Source: Stylophora pistillata
Lineage: Eukaryota
NCBI RefSeq assembly: GCF_002571385.2
Contig: NW_019218308.1
Coordinates: 69,620-133,619 of the forward strand
DNA length: 64,000 bases
Direction of reading: 5' to 3'
The position numbers and the translations under genes were made by a program. Of the stretch, positions 37,255-50,100 are shown piece by piece; position 1 is the first letter of the stretch, and each line of letters begins with the position of its first letter. The notes under the pieces were generated by a model that was not told where the DNA came from, searched no databases, and was given only the letters and a program-made list of their open reading frames with translations.

Positions 37255-39545
37255 ATGGAGAGAGAATCGATGAAGGGCTACTTGTTCAACTGTGACAAAA
37301 CATGTGAACTAGAAAAAGTAGAAACACTTCTGATTGAAATGGAAGAGAAGCACAACATGAAGATCGATGTTGAAAAGTTATATTTTGGATTGAGAAGCAT
37401 GTCTGAAATTTGCGACACTAAGATTCCGCTGTTAGAAATGAGTTTTGCCGTTTTCGTGGTCCATGCAAATGAATCTCGTCTCTCGATCAACGAAGAAAAT
37501 GCTGGAATTGGTTACGCCAAGTTCTACAAAGCATTATTGAAAGCCACGGGTGAGTATTCCAAGGGCGGAAGCGTTTGAAAAGTCGTATTTTCATATGTAT
37601 ATCCGTTTCAGTGTTACACAGCAAACATAAAATAGTAAGTTGAGTCTGACTTTGCACTTTCTATTGAAGCATCAATGAAAGCTTTTTAAAGTCGGGTTTA
37701 CTGTATTATTTTACCATAATTCAACTACTTTCACTTTCGACACTGGGCTTCATCAAAGTCCTGCTGTTGCTGCCGCTGTCACTGTCGCTGCCGCTGTCGC
37801 TGCCGCTGTCGCTGCCGCTGTCGCTGCCGCTGTCGCTTCCGCTGCCGCTGCCGCTGCCGCTGTCGCTGTCGCTGTCACTGTCGCTGCCGCTGTCGCTGCC
37901 ACTGTCGCTGCCGCTGTCGCTGTCACTGTCGCTCCCGCTGTCGCTGTCACTGTCACTGTCGCTGCCGCTGCCGCTGTCGCTGTCGCTGTCACTGTCGCTG
38001 CCGCTGTCGCTGTCACTGTCGCTGCCGCTGTCATCGTCATTTTAAATATCATCGATGATATTTAACACCAGCATTGTTTTTATTACTAATATCTAGTTAC
38101 AATGGTTTTTTCGATTACTCAGGAGACAAAGTGTTGATAGTAATCGCAGGAGACACGAATTACTTAGATGAAAACGAAGAGGAACAGTCTTTGATCTCAC
38201 GCTGGGCACGAAGAAAAGTGGCCTCGCAGTTTGATGACGAGTATCTTGATGGAAGGAAAAGTTTTATTTTGTCTTGGAACAAAGAGCACCGAGCGATCCA
38301 CCAGCAGGCACTTCTACACTTCTTTGATCCAAACAAGAAAGGACAGAAGTTTCAATATCGACCAAAACCAAAGCTTACCCCTGAGCCCCAGGTCACCTCG
38401 TCAGCAGCCGCTCCAAGAGAGGATGATATGGTAGGGTGGTGCAAAACGCTATTCTTTTATTGCATTTCTGATGGTAAATTGAAGCAAGCTGGTCTTTCTC
38501 CCTTTCCCTATGCTTACAAGTTATCATTATTTCCAAGAAATATGAAGAATATCGCGTAGGAGTCAATGCTACATCATTTCCCTGAACAGGTTTTAGAAGA
38601 AGGCGATCTTGATCCACTTGTGGAGAATGATGAAGTGAATATCGAGAATGAAAGGCGAAACCGCTATGGAGGTCAGTAACTTATTATGCTATATCTTAGA
38701 AGCCAAAGTTATCACCTGATTCTTTTTGAACAAGCTAAATTGTAACAGTATTTAAGACCTTCCGTTGATGATTTTAGGGCTATGAGAAAAATGTTTAGTA
38801 GTTTTTTAAATCACGTATATTGTCTATGAAATATAATTATCATCATCTCTCTGCGATAAGAGAAAAGCGGCGGTTCCGGTCAGCGTGCATTATCAATTTC
38901 AACAAAATAAAATGTACTGCTATGCTTTTTTCGTGGTCAGTATTCTAGGCTTCCCTTCTACTTCTCCCTTTCCGCAGATGCTTTTCTAATTTTTTTTCTC
39001 GAAATCAATTTATAAATAAATTGGACAGCCCCACGCTGACTTATATAGAAAGCATATTTTGACTCGGACGAGCCACTGGTGAGTCTAAAAAAGCATAGCT
39101 TGATTACGGTCGAACCACCATCAACCGGTGGTGTCAACTGCACTCATTTTCATCACAGTTATTACTTTAATATCCAGCAATCTCCTCAGTCACTGCTCTA
39201 GTAAACTACCCAAAAGGAACCGTGCTGCTTAAGACGCGCCTGCGATATGGAGAAGTCTCTCTTGAAGGGAAAGATGTCGTGGAATGGCAGGAAGAGTGGC
39301 AGCCATCTGAAATGAATGCTCTGGACCTGGAAGAAAAGTGGAACTTGGTCCCTGATGCTGAGGTGCAGTTCACTGCCGATGGCGATGGCGGGGCCAGCTG
39401 CGTCGTAAAAATGAATCGTTGGCAAAAATTTAAGTATTATATGTGGAGTATCTTTAATTGCATGAAAACATGTATATGCGCAGTTGGGATGTTTGTATAC
39501 AGTCTCATCAGGTCTTGCTACCACTGGATTAGAGCTAAATTCTAA
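37255..39545 (+). CDS. Family gene 8: TIR-like domain + C-domain + hydrophobic Cys-containing tail (~350 aa)
   Basis: Exons 37255-37549, 38123-38430, 38590-38671, 39178-39545. Divergent from gene 7. Confidence 0.8.
37727..37738 (-). promoter_or_regulatory. ISRE/IRF consensus site in intron 1 of gene 8
   Basis: ACTTTCACTTTC is the reverse complement of GAAAGTGAAAGT. Confidence 0.5.
37764..38032. repeat. Compound (GCTGYC)n microsatellite in intron 1 of gene 8
   Basis: 6-bp period visible directly. Confidence 0.95.
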
Positions 39546-40544
39546 GGAGAAGTAACTCATGTAATCAATAAATGCAACTGAGCAACACCAGTTGATAATC
39601 AGGTCAGGCAAAAGGAAAACATTATGAAAGTGAGCGCACAGTCCAATATGCATGCAGGCATTTAATATCTAGCTATGACAGTAAGTTCAAGCCCCATAAA
39701 GATCTTCTGAGTTTTCAAACTTATTTATTCTTCAGATCCTGTAGCACGGATGGTAGTGAAATATTCTCAGGTGTAACAATACAAAGAAATTAAATTCAAG
39801 CATCGTAAAGTAGAAGTATTGTCACAGGGTGACGCTTTCAGCTTTTTAAAATCAGTTGCTAGTCTTTTCTGCACAGAATTCGCGGAACGTCCATACGAAC
39901 TTGATCTCGCCCCGACACGAACACGATAGAAGTGTAGGGGAAACATGAAACGAAGTCCAGTGTTTTCTCTCCTTCTTGAGTGCTATAGCCCCTTCCTGAG
40001 TGCTTTATAACGGAACAAAGTAGAGCCAAAGCTTCTTTTTTTGTCCTGTTAAACATCCAAATTTCTTAGCAAGTGTGTTTACTGATTATTTTCTAATCAG
40101 AGCGTTAGCTATTTTCTAATCAGAGCGTTTCTAATCAGAGCGTTAGCCCTTCGTCGGAAGGGCTAACGCTCGAAACGTTATGTAATCATTACGGTGGCCA
40201 ATTTACCATTTCAACTTTGTTGATATATCCAAATTATTTATTTTCTTATCAACCTAGGTGTAACGATTACAAGTTTATATGTCCTCCACGGATAACCTAA
40301 AATTCATGCACTGACATGCTGTGACTGAAAGAGAGAATGAATCCGATGGCTATGAAAACAACAAAGTATACTGATATTTACATATATAGACATACATATT
40401 GGTCACTGTATCTCCCAGCTCTTAAAGACCGTAACTATTCCGCTTCACATCTAGGTTGCCTGTACTTCAGTTGGTTTCCGAACTTTCGATTAACTAGTAA
40501 CTGAATCATGTTTTGGATTAGGAAAAATGTCTTCAGTGAAGGGT

Positions 40545-43038
40545 TTACGGAAAACTCTTAAACGGAATAAGCGGAGGTTGGTCGTCATTCTCCACTGGGA
40601 CTGGAGACCTGAGGCCATCAACTGCCGACTCTGAATTCCGTGCCTGCTTCTTACCGTTCTCTCTTTTAGTTTGCCGCACCCTGATCGACCGTTCACCGCA
40701 ATCCAATGCTTGTTCCAACATTTCCAAGACACGTTTCTTGTAAATGGGATCGAGATCTTGTCCTCGTGCTGGGTTGGCAATAAAGAACACTTTTTTCTTG
40801 TCACCACCGGTGACCTCAATAGCTTCACTTGTCAATTTCTCTCTCTCATCATCGGCGTTGGGCCTCTTTTGAATCTCGTCATCAAACGTTATGACAGTAA
40901 ATATTGTTATTACTGCAAAAGATGACGAAATAGTCATGTGACGAACAACGCTGAGCTTTAAATTCACTTAATCAGTGTGGCTCGTCAAACAGAGAGCCTC
41001 CTCACTTTCTTTTCTCTTAATAATCTCCACAAACCTCTGTGATAATGTTGGACATGACTATGTTATTTTTTTTTTACGTGCAGGCAGATTAGCCTTCTTG
41101 GCCTACTTCTGAATGAAAAATAATTTGTTTTAAACATGTTGTTGAAGTCGAAGGCTACATAGGAAAACATGTAAGAGACTGAAATTAGACTCGCCATAAA
41201 TGAAAAAGGTACATTTAAGGCCTATAATGCAGAAATTGGCATCACCAACAGTTACTATGCTGATTTGAAGTGGTTTGGAGTGAGGTTCCATATGAGAAAT
41301 AAGTCAGAAAGGAAAACCAAAGCATTGAGGGACGAGGGATATCTGCTTTCACCATATCCTTACTCAGAATGATTTAAAATAGGATCTACTCACTTGCTCT
41401 TTTCAGTTGCTCTTGAACAAACGTAATAATCTCCCTGTATTTTCCCTTCTCGAATCTGATGTCCACACCCTTTATTACCCAAAACACAACATGCATCTGA
41501 TCGACCAGCGGGCGTTTTTCTAATTTATAGGCAGCAGGACCAGCGGCTTCTGCCAATTGAGCGCTTTCGTGATCTCGCTTCAGTTCTTCTCCAGGTCGGT
41601 GAATGCCAAAAAGAATACGAAACAGCTCCCCTGCGTATATCAATGACAAATATAATTAACAAATGGTAAACACCACAGCGTACACTATTGAGTTATGGAT
41701 GCACGCGGGAGGTTGCTGAGCACGAAAGAAGTGTAAGAATCGCTCGAGGCGATAGCCGAGAGCGACTCTAGCTTCTTGAGTGCTTAGCAAACCTCCCAAG
41801 TGGATCCATAACTCAATAGTGTACGCTGTGGTGTTTACAATTTGTTTTATAACATAAAATTGATACACTGTAGCTTAAGAGTTCCCTTTTATTTAACAAA
41901 TCTTACGTGACCAGAAAAAACAAGCGCGCGCGAAAAAATAGTCTTTGCTTTTGTTCACGTCAGCAGCGTACACCCATGAGCCTATGGGGGACGATAAATT
42001 GACAAATCAGAGCGCGCGCATTACTTTGGTTATGTTATAATTTTAAGTAAACGTACTTTATTTCTGGATTTACATATTTCTATATCTGCCCTCTCATTTT
42101 AGATTATGTTGAGTCTCACTTTTCCTAGTTCCCACCCTTTGGTCTCCTTTCAAGCTAAAAACCCATTTTCTCTTTACATCTTTCGTAAATGGCGGGACTA
42201 ATTCCAACTCCAATAGTGAGGGCAAGAAAGCTGGCTTGCACGCACATGTGATAATAATAAAAACCCTTGCCATTTTGAAAGTGGTCTATAACACTACCAA
42301 GCAATTTCGGCTGAAAACAATAACATTTGTGTAGGTGATAAAAATTTTACCCCTTTACTGAAGCGACAAGCATGTTGAATAAAAATAATCATCATAGATA
42401 CGGGCTAAGATATTTGGATATAATGTCAAGCTGTTGTGCCTTTCACAAAATCCACTTTATATTCCCCTGAGATTCAAGTCAAGTCAAATTTATTGTACAT
42501 ATACACTTAGCTTTAGTAAGAACCAGCTAAGCTGCAGGTATAACACAGAAACTGAAGGTAAAAAGAACTAAGTTGAGATAATGCCATCTACAGTAACTAA
42601 GATGATGTAAGATTTAATTAAGAATTAAAACCACTAACATAGGAGTAGGTCATAATTTGAATATATCAACAAAAGTTTAAATGGTAAATTGGCCACCGTT
42701 ACGATTATAAAAGCTGACGTTTCGAGCATTAGCCGTTCGTCGGAGCGAATAGAGGAATTGTGGGTTGTGTGTGCTTTTAAAGGCAGAAAAAGAAGCTACT
42801 TGATTGGTGGGAACATGGCAACAAGAAAAACACGAATAAATTAGGTAGGTCACTCTTACGAGACGTATAAAAAACCACAACCGTTCGTTAAACTGGATGA
42901 AAAGTGCCTCTAGGCAATGGCCACAAGTTATTTCTCTAAATATTTTCAATTTATTTCTTTATTGTACGCAGGACCCATGTTAATAGCAGTTTTTATTAGT
43001 GAAATGGTCATCCAGCATAAATATTTATTATTATTATT

Positions 43039-43079
<41 letters not shown>

Positions 43080-44301
43080 TTCATATAATGAGGAAATCTA
43101 AAACTTATTGAAGATGAAGTATGACGATCATAACATGATTATACCAAGGCGGTGGAGTATCAAACAGTTTCTATTTGTTATCTCAGTATTTCACTTCTTT
43201 ATATTACTTAAAACTTCTATAAAATCGGTTTATCGTCTCCTTTACCCCTTTTCTCCTCGCGTTTAATTTTAGAGTTCAATATAACTTTTCTTATCTGATT
43301 ATTCCCATATCAATCTTCATTTCCGATCACTTCTCTCCTTCATCTACCCATATTACGCCCGCACCTAATGGACCTGAATATGGGCTTAATACGTGGTAGT
43401 ACCTTGTTTGTAATTTACAACTTGCAAGGTAACTTCTATAAGTATATACTGGTTTAAACAGTAGATAGCGTTAAAGGGACGTGTACTCTCTGGTTAGCTC
43501 TTAAACCCTGACTGTATCCTTCGCTATTCACCACCGGGCGACCCGTGCAGGATTTGCGCCCGGAAATATTATAATCGTTAAAGGAATTAATGAGTTAAAG
43601 TCATATTTTTGTGCCATATTATCTCACTGTTTTAGTTTATACTGAGAGACTTGTTCACCTCAGTGTCAGTGGCTTACCACTTTAGCCAATTCCACTTCGG
43701 TGAATAGCTGTTAAATATCCAGCGTGAGATTTCACTGAAATTGTAAGCACATGTTCAAGAGCCATCACGCAACGGCGAATATGAAATCTAAAAAAATCTC
43801 GCTAGCTCATTCCCTTCCGGTTTCACTTTAACCTGTGGACAATTTTCCGATTTTAATCGCGTTTATTTCACTAGACAGGATTGAATCAAACGACAAGAGT
43901 TTTTCATGAGCCCACGAGAATGTACAATTTACTATTCAGAGCATTTTAACAGGTAGTTGAAGTCAACAAAACCCACCTTCTTCTTTGATGTCCATTGCGA
44001 AAAATCCCCGTGTGTCGTAAAGCTTGACTGGGATTCCCGGAAGAACAAAACTTTCCAAAGCCTTCGTTCCATCCTTACCGGTATTTTGAATTATAGCTGG
44101 CTCTTCTTCAAGACTTAAAGCCTTGTGAATAGAGTTAATCAGAGCGGATTTTCCAGAGCCAAACATTCCAAAGAACACGATATTTAAAAAGCATCCTTCC
44201 ATTTCGCCCTCCAGAGCATCATGAAACGTCTGGTACTTGCCGATGTTGTATTCAAGAATTTCGGTTCGTAACGATGTAATTTCATCTCCTAGCACCTCCA
44301 T
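40545..44301 (-). CDS. IFI44-like P-loop GTPase, copy A (~309 aa, no TLDc domain visible)
   Basis: Exons 44301-43977, 41630-41394, 40912-40545. G1 GMFGSGKS and G3 DTRG, followed by IFI44-type ELFRILFG and DQMHVVFWVIKG segments; ITIFTVITFDD lies at the G4 position. Confidence 0.75.
41657..41847. mobile_element. Palindromic MITE in intron 1 of IFI44-like A
   Basis: Long inverted arms AACAAATGGTAAACACCACAGCGTACACTATTGAGTTATGGAT and its reverse complement; related copy at 63252-63405. Confidence 0.75.
42660..42790 (-). mobile_element. Penelope-like terminal remnant with a degenerate minimal hammerhead core
   Basis: Minus strand CGCTCCGACGAACGGCTAATGCTCGAAACGTCAG; related fragment at 40118-40235. 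Confidence 0.5.
43024..43082. repeat. (TTA)n(TCA)n microsatellite
   Basis: Visible directly. Confidence 0.95.
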
Positions 44302-44777
44302 AACTTATATCCAAGAAATAGGCAGATCCTAACCAAACCAGTGATTGTTACAGTTTTGTCTCAGAAGGCCTGATCCATGATACCGTAGCCACGACGCTTG
44401 ACGTCGGCTGACGTATCATGTGACAATTGCAGATTTCTGAGAAGACCCAATTTACGTTCAGAGTCATTCAGATAGCTGTTCCTTGAAACGTAACGAAGAG
44501 TCTTCATGAAACGGGATTTGGTATAGTGTTTTTATTTACACTCATAACTGTTGAAAGCAATTACCCTGTTTTGGAATCGATCTGTTATTAATCTAAGAAA
44601 TAATGGTGACTTGCGTGACTGAAGTTTATTCGCTCGCTGTTATGCAAATTATTCTCCGAAATTTTCGTAGTGACCAAACCCTCACGCAGTTACGAAACAG
44701 CGGAAGACCCGGAGCCGTAGAGACTGTAGATCATTGCCTCAAAAGCGTTTGCAAAAAGAACCAAATCACTAAGAAAG
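44302..44777. promoter_or_regulatory. Candidate bidirectional promoter between IFI44-like A and gene 9
   Basis: 476 bp between divergent ATGs. Clustered TGACGTC, TGACGTA and CATGTGAC motifs at 44399-44424. Confidence 0.5.
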
Positions 44778-47700
44778 ATGGGCAGTCGAAAATGTTTTTA
44801 TCTTTTCAACTGCGATAACACGTATAATTTGGATGTTGTTGAAGAATTGTTGAACGCCATTAAAGGGAAAACGACGGACATCGATATACAGACGAAGAAG
44901 GAATATTTTCGCCTTCACCAAATGTCTGAGTTGGCCAAGACTATTGATGAACAGACCAATAGTGGACAAAAAATGGATTATGCCATTTTTGCCATTAATG
45001 CACACGAATCTAGACTGTCGATTAACGAGGAGAACGCTGGAATTGGTTATGCAAGGATATACAGAGCTTTACTGATGGCAACGGGTGAGTGTTGAAATTA
45101 TGAATGATCGTCTATCATTAGGAATTCTCTTAAACAATCCAAGTGATTTTCAAGTCTCATCTAACACAAATGACACGAAACAAGAAAAACGCTACGACAT
45201 AAGTAAGATTTTTTTGGGACAAATAAGCAAGAGTGAGGAACGTTTCTGCTGTCATGGTATGTTGTTTACAAAGAAACAATGAAACAGTGCGTGACAGCTC
45301 GCGCTCAATTTAATACCAAGATGAAACTTCTCTCTGCTCAAGTCGGAGTTGTAGCTAACTTTTTATTTTATTTTTTATCGTAGTATTATTTTCTTTCTTT
45401 TTGTCTTTTGTTTCCTTTGGGAAGTGGACGGTGAGAGAAACGAATCAGAGTTACATTATTTGAAGGTGGAACAAAGCGCAAACTAACTCCGTACTCAAGG
45501 AATACAAGACAATTTAGAGGGAAAATGTAGCAGTCTGACACAAGTCACCCGTTAATTCTTTCCATGCGCCCTATCATTCTTGGCTTTATCCAAAAATTTA
45601 AACATAAGAAAACATCAACTCATTGTCTTATTAGAGCAATTTGAAGTTCATGTTTATTATCCATTCTACCAATTGCAATCGTCAACGAGAGGAGTGTTGC
45701 CGTCTATCTGTCGTTTGCGTCTGCTTTGTTTTATTTCTTTCTGTTTTTTGTTTTTTTATTTTTTTTTCCTGACGAATCATTTTTGTTCGATTCCTTGGTA
45801 TAGACCTCATTCATGATGGCGGGCACGATAATTACAATTCTCATGTGCATGCGGATTAGCCTTCTGGTCCTCACTTTTGAGTGAGAACTATGTTGTTTTT
45901 GCATGAATCTAGAATAATAACAGTAAGGCTCACCATTTATAATATGTGAGCCACTTGAAATTGTGGGTGGTTTGCTCATCACTGAGACCGGCATAAGAAG
46001 TATGATGAAATCCTCACCACCCGGCTGATCGTATTGTTTTTTTTCACATATGTTATGCCTCCAGATGAAAGAGTGATTGTTATTATTGGTGGGGATGACA
46101 ACTACAGAAATTCCACTGAGGAAGACGAATCCCTCCTATCGCGTTGGGTTCGGAGAAAAGTTTCTTCTCAGTTCAGAGAGGAATTCATGGATGGAACAAA
46201 GGGGTTTATTTTTTCTTGGGACAAGAAGCACAGGGAGATTCACGAGGAGGCGATACTGCATTTTCTTGATTCCAAGAAGAAGGGTGAAAAATTTGTATAT
46301 GAACAAAAACCTCATACAGAGCCCACGAAGTGTAAAACTGCAGTTCAGGCAGATGATCAAAAGAAGGTGCATCAACCATTTAATTCTAAATGCCTTATTG
46401 CCAATTCTTCCATCGGGCTGCTCTGAATTTCCTGGAAACTTATTGATACATTAAGTATTACAACCGTGTAACTCCCCTTAGTTGGCGTGCGCGCTGATTC
46501 TTATTATCCTACCTTAAGCTGAGTAATGCAATACCATTGTGAGATGAAGTAGCCAATCAACCATTTTTTGGGTCAACCTGTCGTACATGTAAGTGGTCAC
46601 CCTTTGCGTCTTTATTGCAAGCCTTTTTCGTGTCCATTGAACGCTCAAGCATTGAGCCATTATCTTCCCAAAGCATAAATTTCACAGTTATCACAAAGTG
46701 GAAGCTTAAAACACTTTTGGGTAAAATACAGTCATAAGGAGTTACTTTGGGATAAAATAAAAATAGCTGGTTTCTAGTTTTGAATCAATATTTTGTTCTG
46801 TTCTTGTGTCCTAGGAAATTGAACCACATGCAGAAAAAATCCAACAAGAAGAGAGTGAAACACCTGCAAAGCCTACATCTGCAAACTTTCAGGGAGAAAA
46901 GGATGCCGATGCAACAGACATAGCGGAGTCAAATGATTCTGGGGCAAAACCCAAGGAGAAGATTTGTACGTTAATCCCTTGAAATTGTTTGTGTATTGGT
47001 ATCTCTTCCCTATAAGTACAAGTACGTTTACAGAAAGAACTGTTCAATTGAGACTCTGCTGGTTATTTGCGAAGTAAAATTATTAATTGTTTCTCGTTCT
47101 TGGAAAGAATCCTAAATTTGGCGGTCTTGAGCTTCGTCTAGGGTAAAATGTCTAAAGTCTGAAAAATTTTAATATTACATTACATTAATTATTATATTAG
47201 TGCATAGTTTTGGTCGTAATGGTGTCTGGAAGACCACTGCCATTCTTTGAGAAAATGTGGGTAAACTTTGTCGCATTGATCGTTTTGTAGTAATATGCCA
47301 TGTATCATGGCTATGGAAAATGCTGGGTCGGATGTACATTTTGACCTTACCCAAAGTGTGAATGTCTTGCATTACTCATAACACTGACTTGAAAAAATTT
47401 ATTTCGGGCTCTTTCTAACCCGTGGTTTTACATTGACTTGTTCGTTTTCACAGCTTCTAAATCAGGGACGAAGTTAGTAGTCCTTGGTCGTTATCAGTCT
47501 GATTTATCTCTTTTGGAGAACCTGTTTGGTGACGATTTTTCAGGAAAGGTCTCATTCTTCAGCGGCCCTCCAGAAGGGCTGAAAGACGCTCTAAGATCCT
47601 ATCCAAGGTCCTGTTTCATTTTTGTGGATTGCAAAGCCTCTGTGGAAGAGTTTGCATCGTATTACGGGGACCTGTTAAATGATGCAAGAGATAAAGTTGG

Positions 47701-48485
47701 TAAGATTATATTTTTTTCTCGGGGGCACAAGGAAGTAGGACTCTGCAATTGCGTGGATGTAAAGTTTTCTTTTTTCTTTCTTTTTTTTCTTTTTTTTGCT
47801 GTTAAGCTCCCATCCAATTTTGGAACAACGCATATTATGTATGCGTAGATTATTGTTTTTGTTTTCCGCGTTTTCCTTCAAAATAGGCCAGTAAAACAGG
47901 AGAATTGATTTTAAAGACTGCCTTATAAGCTTCTTTGCATTTGTTTTTACAGTTATAGACTATTCTTACTATACCTTGCAGATCTTTTTTTTCTTTTTAG
48001 CGAAAAAAGTTGTCCTTATCATATGCGATGATAACCGTCAGACGGACGAAGACACTATTACAGCTAAGATTACTGAAATTCTCAAAGAAAAAGTTTGGGT
48101 CCTGTGGTGGAGAGAAAAGTTTCGCACGCAAGAGAAATTTTTAGGATGTAATGTGCCGTTTCACCGATCACAATCTCTTCCTAATGGTTCGCAAGAAAGA
48201 TATGCAGATCGTCACACACCATCAGAGCATATCGACAAGTCAAGACTAGTTATGAAGACCCGACTTCGGTATGGAAATATTTCATATCCCGATGTCGAAA
48301 GGCGTTCCGGACAATGGAGCCCTTCGAAAGAGATAGTGGACGGCTTATTAAAAGATTGGCATTCTGCTCCCAACGTAGAATTACTGATACATGAACATAG
48401 GAAAACTGGAAAAACACATTACCGGGTAGTTGTGAATGACAATTCTCAAAACAAATATATCGTACAGTTCTTTTACAGTTCTTAG
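44778..48485 (+). CDS. Family gene 9: TIR-like domain + second diverged alpha/beta domain + C-domain, no membrane tail (~496 aa)
   Basis: Exons 44778-45084, 46065-46366, 46815-46965, 47454-47699, 48001-48485; phases 1,0,1,1 consistent. Confidence 0.78.
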
Positions 48486-49399
48486 AAGAGCATCGCTGCA
48501 CTAAGGTCTAGCTGTCTTCCAGTTGAAAGAGAAAGTAAACCTACCCCTCCACCTTTTGATTGACTCTATTTAAGAACAGACACTTCAAAATGTTTACTTT
48601 CTAGCGCGCAAAAATGCGGTGTACACTTCAGACTAGCAGTGGAATTCGTTACTGACGTATAATGTATCCAGCGTCTTTTGTGACGAAAACGTCACTTTCA
48701 AAGGCGTTTTACTGGGAAAAGACTATGAGATGAGGAGTACTCTGATTGATTTCTATACATTCAAACCATTGAGTAAAAGTGTCATTTGTCGTTTTATACC
48801 TAAAGGCTTCAGTTTCGTCCCTTACATACCCTGAAAAGATGAAAAAAAGAGTGCTGTGTCCACAAGTATCGCGCATTTTAGAGGGTACCACGAGCACACC
48901 AGGATGTCAAAACTCCTGCCAATTTCGTCCTTTTGTTTCATTCGGAACGAATCTGCTCCGCGTGATGATAAAATTTACTCGCGGTACACTATTTTCCTTG
49001 AACCAAATTTGTTTCTATTGCCCTAACTTGAATTAGAGCTTTCTTGGAGTCCGTTAAAATTTACAGCAACAGCTTAAAACGCTTAACCTTGGCAAAAACT
49101 ATCTAATAAAGACTAAAATATCAGACAGCAAACGCGATTTCCATCGCCTCGTGGAGAAAATAGGCTATCAAGTCCTCATTGTCTAAACTTTTTCTCCCTA
49201 GGTATTATTTTTTCTATTTTTTTATATCCTCCATTTCAACAAATTAGAACCTAATGAATAATCTCAAGAAACATAAGAAGACGGAGAAGGGCATAATATA
49301 GCGGGATAATTAGATGCCCTTTATGTTAAATTACATTTTTTCATATCGTAAAAAGAAGCAATACAAACATAAGATACAAATATAAGAGAGGGACTAGGA

Positions 49400-50100
49400 A
49401 TAACACCTTAAACAAATACATAAAAATAATACATGGTCAGAGGAAGACATTAATCAGTATTGAGAAAGGTAATGTAAGAACAGTGCTCTTAAAAAAGTCT
49501 TTTTAGTGGGCTTCTCTCGTATAGACTTAAGAATACCATTCCAATAGTACCATCATATAACAAAATTTATTCTGAAGGGGCTAGGGTTCAGGTACTGCAA
49601 AGATGTAGTACTTCTAGAGGCATAATCATGGATCTCGGACACAAAAGACAATGCAAAATTAGAAGATTTTTTGTCTACAATATAATTGTAATATAGCTGA
49701 GAGGTACTTAATTCAATTATGTCCGGAAGCTTAATTAGGCCAAGGTCTTCATTATGGGGAATAACATGGTCACGAAGTGGTTCATTGTTGATGATTCTTA
49801 CAGCTCTGTTTTGTTGCTTTACCAACTGAGACGATGGAGCTTCGTAATTATTACCCCACAATATTCAGCCGTATGTTAAAAAAAGTATATACAATTGCAA
49901 AATATACACTTAAAAGAGATTGATTTGTTACATGTCATTTCAGTTTTGCGATGATGTTTAGTCTTTTGGTAATTTTACACCTAATATAATCAGTCTGGTT
50001 ATTTTTCTGTTTATTTTTCTGCCAGAACAGAAAACAATCGATAACTAATCCTAAATATTTAACAGTTTGAGATCGTGTTAAAGGTATTGATCTGCTAATT
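49400..50100 (-). mobile_element. Degraded LINE RT fragment
   Basis: WGNNY...QNRAVRII, plus VKYLGL and WNGIL..Y segments on the minus strand. Confidence 0.65.

Noticed and set aside
37753-38052. Ala/Thr-rich and Leu/Pro/Ser-rich ORFs (antifreeze- or mucin-like)
   Set aside because: These are translations of an intronic 6-bp microsatellite.
1631-48485. Prokaryotic multi-gene operon or defence island made of separate small ORFs
   Set aside because: The ORFs are exons joined by phase-consistent GT-AG introns, and SINEs, LINEs and MITEs indicate an animal genome.
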